Assembly (NCBI GenBank): GCA_030618105.1
Contig: JAUXED010000003.1
Span: 1 to 54,445, forward strand
Direction of reading: 5' to 3'
From: Bacteroidota bacterium
GTDB lineage: Bacteria > Bacteroidota > Bacteroidia > Bacteroidales > VadinHA17
DNA length: 54,445 bases
In this document: positions 49,586 to 54,445 of the stretch, one piece after another
Layout: every line of letters starts with the position of its first letter
How positions within the stretch are numbered: the stretch's first letter is position 1
Translations under genes and position numbers: made by a program
Notes under the pieces: model-generated
What the model saw: only the letters and a program-made list of their open reading frames with translations
Databases searched by the model: none
What the model was told of the DNA's origin: nothing

Positions 49586-51061
49586 TTAATATAGTGGTCC
49601 AAGGATTCGGGCAAGTGATGCAGAAACTTTTTGCTTTAAGGGTCGCTTTTTCCATTCCCCGGGGATTATCAAATGGCTGTTTTCAAGATCTCTGCGAAAA
49701 TCATTCTCCAGGCTTATTGTATGTATTTCATTGTATATTAAGGCATTAACTTCAAAGTTGAGGTCAAAACTTCGATAATCAACATTCGCGGATCCAATCG
49801 AAGAGAAAACCCCGTCAACCATAATTATTTTGGTGTGATTAAACCCTTTCTCATAAAGGTAAACCCGGATTCCTGCATCAAGCATTTCCCCTATGTATGA
49901 AATTGAGTTCCAGTAAGCAATTGTTGAATCGGAACGTGCAGGTAAAATAATTCTAACATCAACACCACTCAGGGAAGCTGTTTTAAGAGCAGTGAGAATA
50001 CTTGGATTAGGGGAAAAATATGGTGTAGAAATAAAAATATTCTCTTTGGCTGTACTGATAGCTGCAAAATAGGCCTGCATTATACTTGACCAATCAGAGT
50101 CAGGACCACTTGAGGTGATCTGTATCAGACATTCCTCATTAACCTTGTGATTTGGAAAATATCTGAGTTGATGACCAATAATTATCCTCGAAATAAAATA
50201 CCAGTCAACAAGAAAGATCATCTGAAGTGAATGTACGCTTTCCCCTTCCAGTCTTAAATGAGAATCGCGCCAGAAACCCACTTTAGGATCTCCGTGAATA
50301 TACTTGTCTGCAATATTAAATCCACCGACAAAACCTATTTTTCCATCCACAACAATGATTTTGCGATGATTTCTGAAATTTGCCTTGCTGGTAAGGTAAG
50401 GAAATCTTACCGGCATAAAGGCATAAGTTTTAATGCCTTCTTTTTTAAGTTCCTTTAGATACATTTTACTTATTTTCCAACTTCCAACATCATCATAAAT
50501 AATACGTATCTTCACTCCTTCTCTGGCTTTCTTAACAAGAACATCCTTGATCCTGTTCCCAATATTATCAGATTCCCATCGATAAAATTCCATATGAATA
50601 TGGTCTTTAGCTATATTGAGAGCATTGATAATAGAATCAAATGTTTCTTCTCCATTAATAAGAATATTTACTTTATTATATTGAGTAAGGAGTGCTTTGC
50701 TGTTATTTAATAACAACGTCATAATATTCCTTTTTTCATTGATCTTTTTGTTTTTCAGGAACTTTTGATGAGGCAATTCATTTACCTGATCCCTGCTTAA
50801 ACTGCTTATCCTTTCCAGGTCTACCAACTCTTTCCGGGAAAAGATTTTTACTTTTCTGTAATTTTGTCCAAAAATAAGATATCCGATAATTCCAATCACC
50901 GGAATAAGAATAATGAATAAACCCCAGGAAATGGTTTTTACAGGATCACGGTTCTCAAGGATAACCATAAAGACAGTAAACAAGATAGACCCACCGTAAA
51001 GGATAGTGATTACCAGAGCAACATTACTCAACAGGACATCCCAATGAATAGCAGTGATCAT
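49586..51061 (-). CDS. cls: Cardiolipin synthase
   Basis: 491 aa. Two N-terminal TM segments. Two PLD HKD motifs (HRKIIVVDG and HTKIIMVDG). Confidence 0.9.
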   Translation of the reverse strand: MITAIHWDVLLSNVALVITILYGGSILFTVFMVILENRDPVKTISWGLFIILIPVIGIIGYLIFGQNYRKVKIFSRKELVDLERISSLSRDQVNELPHQKFLKNKKINEKRNIMTLLLNNSKALLTQYNKVNILINGEETFDSIINALNIAKDHIHMEFYRWESDNIGNRIKDVLVKKAREGVKIRIIYDDVGSWKISKMYLKELKKEGIKTYAFMPVRFPYLTSKANFRNHRKIIVVDGKIGFVGGFNIADKYIHGDPKVGFWRDSHLRLEGESVHSLQMIFLVDWYFISRIIIGHQLRYFPNHKVNEECLIQITSSGPDSDWSSIMQAYFAAISTAKENIFISTPYFSPNPSILTALKTASLSGVDVRIILPARSDSTIAYWNSISYIGEMLDAGIRVYLYEKGFNHTKIIMVDGVFSSIGSANVDYRSFDLNFEVNALIYNEIHTISLENDFRRDLENSHLIIPGEWKKRPLKQKVSASLARILGPLY

Positions 51062-51258
51062 CTTTTTTTGAATTAATAGAATACTAAAGTTAGAAAAAAC
51101 CCGGATAGCTTCCTATTTTTTTTTACGATCACACTATTGATTATTACCAGCAATAACCAAAGGGCGACTAAAACTCAATTAATGATTCTGTTATAAGCAT
51201 TAATAGCATAAAAAAAGGGACAAACGTCCCTATTTCATAAATCATTATTTTCAAAAAT

Positions 51259-51891
51259 TTAGAAAAATATGCCCAGACTGAAAATGAATTGCGGGTTCCT
51301 TGAATCAAACTCAAAATCCTCTCCACCAATATTTACACCATCCCCTAGTTTACTGAGGTTGCCTTCGTACCGTACATCAAGCGAAATGGTATTTAAAATA
51401 TCAAGGCCTACACCTGCCTGGTATCCAAAAGATGCTCCCTTTAGTTTTTCTTCATAACCTGCTGTTTCAATAAGATCAGCCTTACTGTCGATTATTATGC
51501 TGGCAACAGGACCGGCATTTATACGTGCCGGACCAAATTTAAAGCCTGCCAGAACAGGTATATCCAGTTTCTTGAATTCCATTTTCTTAATACTAATATC
51601 CTGCGTTATCAAGTCCGTAACTTCCACTTCACCACCGGTAGATGAAAAGTATAGTTCAGGCTGTATAAAAACTCCAAAAAAAGTAACTCGTGTCATAAGA
51701 CCTGCATGGAATCCAACACTGGCAGTCTTTAGTCCTTCCAGAGAATATTCTTCAATCCCCTGTGTCACAGTAATAATATTATCCATTTTTATGGTTGACG
51801 AATTGACACCGCCCTTTACGCCGAATTTAATCTGAGCATTTGCAGCAACAAAAAGGGATATTCCAATTAGTATTAAAAATACTTTTTTCAT
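51259..51891 (-). CDS. Small outer-membrane beta-barrel protein
   Basis: 210 aa with a signal peptide. Alternating beta-strand pattern ending in aromatic FF, consistent with the porin/OMP_b-brl type. Confidence 0.6.
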   Translation of the reverse strand: MKKVFLILIGISLFVAANAQIKFGVKGGVNSSTIKMDNIITVTQGIEEYSLEGLKTASVGFHAGLMTRVTFFGVFIQPELYFSSTGGEVEVTDLITQDISIKKMEFKKLDIPVLAGFKFGPARINAGPVASIIIDSKADLIETAGYEEKLKGASFGYQAGVGLDILNTISLDVRYEGNLSKLGDGVNIGGEDFEFDSRNPQFIFSLGIFF

Positions 51892-51923
51892 ATCTGTTTT
51901 GTTTATTTATTTGTAACTATTCA

Positions 51924-52022
51924 GTGCCTAAATGAAGAAGTGCCTAAAGTGTCTAAAGTGCCTAAAATGCCTAAAGTTATAACTTTTTTTCTCCTCAACT
52001 TTAGTTCACTTTAAACTTCTTC
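51924..52022. repeat. gtgcctaaa-type tandem units plus the right (inverted) copy of the 49.5-kb repeat
   Basis: gtgcctaaa variants occur five times (51924-51975). ctaaagttataac...tcaactttagttcactttaaacttcttc (51971-52022) aligns with the reverse complement of 49483-49539. Confidence 0.65.
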
Positions 52023-52069
52023 TATAACGATAATCATGGTTGTTTATTTTAAAGAAACATTATTAATAT

Positions 52070-53413
52070 GTGAGCAAAAACTATAATATTTGTAACTTCA
52101 CATTAGTAATAACAATAATCTTGAATATGTTATTAATACTACTAATATTACTAATTACAGACCTGTTTTTTTATAAAGGGATAAGGCATTTATCAGATCA
52201 CAGGTTAACGGTAAAACAGAAAAAGATTTTAACCTTGTTATTCTGGGCTCATAGTATTGGTTTTATGGCTGGTACTTTATTAGTATCTAAATGGATGCAT
52301 AATGATTATGATCCGGCAGTACAACGAAGGATTTTTTGTTTTGTTGGTATACTCCTTGCATTTTATGTACCTAAATTTCTTTTTATTCCATTTAATTTTT
52401 CTGAAGACATCATTCGCTTTAGTTCTATGTTGATTATCCGGATTGTTGGAAAAAGAAAAACTGAAAAAGTGAATAATAATCCGAAAATTACACGAATAAC
52501 ATTTCTTACAAAAGCAGGATTAATTCTTGCAGCAATTCCATTCGTATCCTTAATTTATGGAATGACTTCAGTAAAATTCAATTTCCGGATAAAAAAGATC
52601 AATCTGAAATTTAAAAATTTCCCTGAAGAGTTCTCCGGTCTCAGTATTGTGCATATATCCGATTTACACATAGGAAGTTTATACGGACATCATGAAAAGA
52701 TTGCCGAAGCTGTAAAAATGATAAATTCCCTCTCTGCTGATATTATTTGCTTTACAGGAGATATTGTTAATGATTTTGCTGGTGAAATGAATGGTTGGTT
52801 TGAGATACTTGGTAAAATGGAAGCCCGGATAGGCAAGTATTCTATTTTAGGTAATCATGACTATGGTGATTATCATTATTGGAGTTCTGATGATGAGAAA
52901 AAGAAAAACCTGGAAATGATAAAACAGGCTCATCACCGGTTGGGTTTCAAATTATTATTAAACAAATCAATTACCATAACAAGGCAGAATAATTCAATAG
53001 CAATTATTGGTGTAGAGAATTGGGGCAAACCTCCATTTGCCCAGTATGGTGATCTTAATGCTGCATGCAAAGGTTTGGAAAAAACCCCATTTAAGATACT
53101 GCTTTCTCACGATCCAAGTCATTGGGATGCTGAGGTGCTCAATAAGAAAGACATCCCTCTAACTCTTTCAGGGCATACACACGGAATGCAATTTGGAGTA
53201 AAGATTGGAAAAATAAAATGGAGCCCTGTCCAGCTAAAATATCCCAGATGGATAGGTCTTTATACTGAAGGAGAGCAATTGCTTTATGTAAATCCGGGAT
53301 TAGGATATATTGGATATCCGGGAAGGGTTGGAATATATCCTGAAATTACCTTTCTTGAACTTAATAGAAAGGCTGCTCCAATAGTGAAACAGCCTCTATC
53401 CAAATCAGTATAA
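52070..53413 (+). CDS. Membrane-anchored metallophosphoesterase
   Basis: 447 aa. N-terminal TM segments. VHISDLHIG, FTGDIVND, GNHDYG, LSHDP, SGHTHGMQ. The start is uncertain: GTG at 52070 or ATG at 52127. Confidence 0.88.
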   Translation: MSKNYNICNFTLVITIILNMLLILLILLITDLFFYKGIRHLSDHRLTVKQKKILTLLFWAHSIGFMAGTLLVSKWMHNDYDPAVQRRIFCFVGILLAFYVPKFLFIPFNFSEDIIRFSSMLIIRIVGKRKTEKVNNNPKITRITFLTKAGLILAAIPFVSLIYGMTSVKFNFRIKKINLKFKNFPEEFSGLSIVHISDLHIGSLYGHHEKIAEAVKMINSLSADIICFTGDIVNDFAGEMNGWFEILGKMEARIGKYSILGNHDYGDYHYWSSDDEKKKNLEMIKQAHHRLGFKLLLNKSITITRQNNSIAIIGVENWGKPPFAQYGDLNAACKGLEKTPFKILLSHDPSHWDAEVLNKKDIPLTLSGHTHGMQFGVKIGKIKWSPVQLKYPRWIGLYTEGEQLLYVNPGLGYIGYPGRVGIYPEITFLELNRKAAPIVKQPLSKSV

Positions 53414-53427
53414 GTTACCGAAACAAA

Positions 53428-54445
53428 TTACATATTCTTAATAATTTCACTTCCAAATTTAGAACACTTAAGTTTTGTAGCACCTTCCATCAGTCTTTCA
53501 AGATCGTAAGTCACTCTTTTGCTGACAATTGATTTCTCCAAACCCTTAATTATCAGGTCGGCAACTTCATTCCATCCCATATACTGAAACATTAGCACAC
53601 CTGAAACTATCACTGAACCAGGGTTAACCTTATCCAGTCCGGTATATTTTGGAGCTGTACCATGTGTTGCTTCAAAAATTGCATGACCTGTTTGATAATT
53701 AATATTAGCACCGGGGGCAATACCTATTCCACCTACACTTGCAGCAAGAGCATCTGATATATAATCACCATTCAGGTTCAAAGTAGCAATTACCGAATAT
53801 TCAGCAGGTCTGGTAAGTATTTGTTGTAAAAATGCATCAGCGATAGAATCCTTGATCAGCACTTTTCCTTCATCGTTAGCTTTCGATTGTGCGAAGTTTG
53901 CAGCATCAACACCATCTTTTTCCTTAATCCTGTCATATTCCTGCCATGTAAAAACCTGATCGGAAAATTCACGTTCGGCAAGATCATAACCCCATTGTTT
54001 GAATTGTCCCTCAGTATACTTCATAATATTTCCTTTATGAACAAAAGTAACTGATGGTAGTTTATGATCAATGGTATACTTGATAGCAGCCCGAACAAGA
54101 CGTTCTGTTCCTTCACGAGAAACCGGCTTGATACCAATTGATGAAGTTTCCGGGAAACGAATTTTTGTAACCCCTAACTCAGATTGCATAAAATCAATAA
54201 TCTTTTTTGCTTCAGGAGTACCTGTCATCCACTCAATCCCCGCATATATGTCTTCAGAGTTTTCCCTGAATATAACCATGTTTGTCAGCTCAGGCCTTTT
54301 AACCGGAGAGGAAATTCCTTTGAAATATCTAACAGGGCGTAAACAAACATAAAGATCCAACTTCTGCCTTAAAGCTACATTTAATGACCGGATCCCTCCT
54401 CCTACCGGTGTAGTAAGCGGACCCTTAATTGCAATAAGATGTTCC
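53428..54445 (-). CDS. icd: NADP-dependent isocitrate dehydrogenase (5' end outside the window)
   Basis: The frame stays open to the window edge (…[36 protein letters not shown]…). NLNGDYISD and HGTAPKY motifs. Confidence 0.95.
   Translation of the reverse strand, partial: EHLIAIKGPLTTPVGGGIRSLNVALRQKLDLYVCLRPVRYFKGISSPVKRPELTNMVIFRENSEDIYAGIEWMTGTPEAKKIIDFMQSELGVTKIRFPETSSIGIKPVSREGTERLVRAAIKYTIDHKLPSVTFVHKGNIMKYTEGQFKQWGYDLAEREFSDQVFTWQEYDRIKEKDGVDAANFAQSKANDEGKVLIKDSIADAFLQQILTRPAEYSVIATLNLNGDYISDALAASVGGIGIAPGANINYQTGHAIFEATHGTAPKYTGLDKVNPGSVIVSGVLMFQYMGWNEVADLIIKGLEKSIVSKRVTYDLERLMEGATKLKCSKFGSEIIKNM

Overview
AT-rich, Bacteroidota-like chromosomal window, judged from TAnnTTTG-type promoters and from lipoprotein, TPR, OmpA and TonB-type envelope genes. 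Most of it is housekeeping: gyrA, two tandem TPR lipoprotein paralogs, yggS, a giant CPBP membrane protease, a PAS histidine kinase, OmpA, csp, CYTH, pfkA, 2-hydroxyacid dehydrogenase, C69 dipeptidase, accC/BCCP/carboxyltransferase, cls, a metallophosphoesterase and a partial icd. Four parts stand out. (1) An ORF-free, helix-rich unit of about 500 nt on the minus strand at 42.59-43.10 kb has its own promoter and terminator; this is my best candidate for an undescribed element, a large structured ncRNA beside an orphan HExxH gene. (2) A low-GC accessory island at about 5.0-11.4 kb holds 1.3 kb of non-coding repeat patchwork. It also holds an HNH_2 nuclease with an overlapping small partner, a wHTH/nucleotidyltransferase toxin-antitoxin-like pair, and a class II Fic protein with dyad operators. 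(3) An orphan 776-aa SMC-like ABC ATPase carries a degenerate TOPRIM/DUF4435-like tail (OLD-like or fused-PARIS-like). (4) A same-strand AmmeMemoRadiSam cluster has export signals and an embedded membrane spermidine-synthase-like gene. There is also an archaeal-type HMG-CoA synthase/thiolase/DUF35 trio. Almost every intergenic region carries locus-specific tandem 6-16 nt oligomer arrays, and a few carry GC-rich hairpin cores. I saw no rRNA, tRNA, CRISPR array, transposase or integrase. All calls come from reading the sequence and ORF translations by eye; no searches or computations were run.
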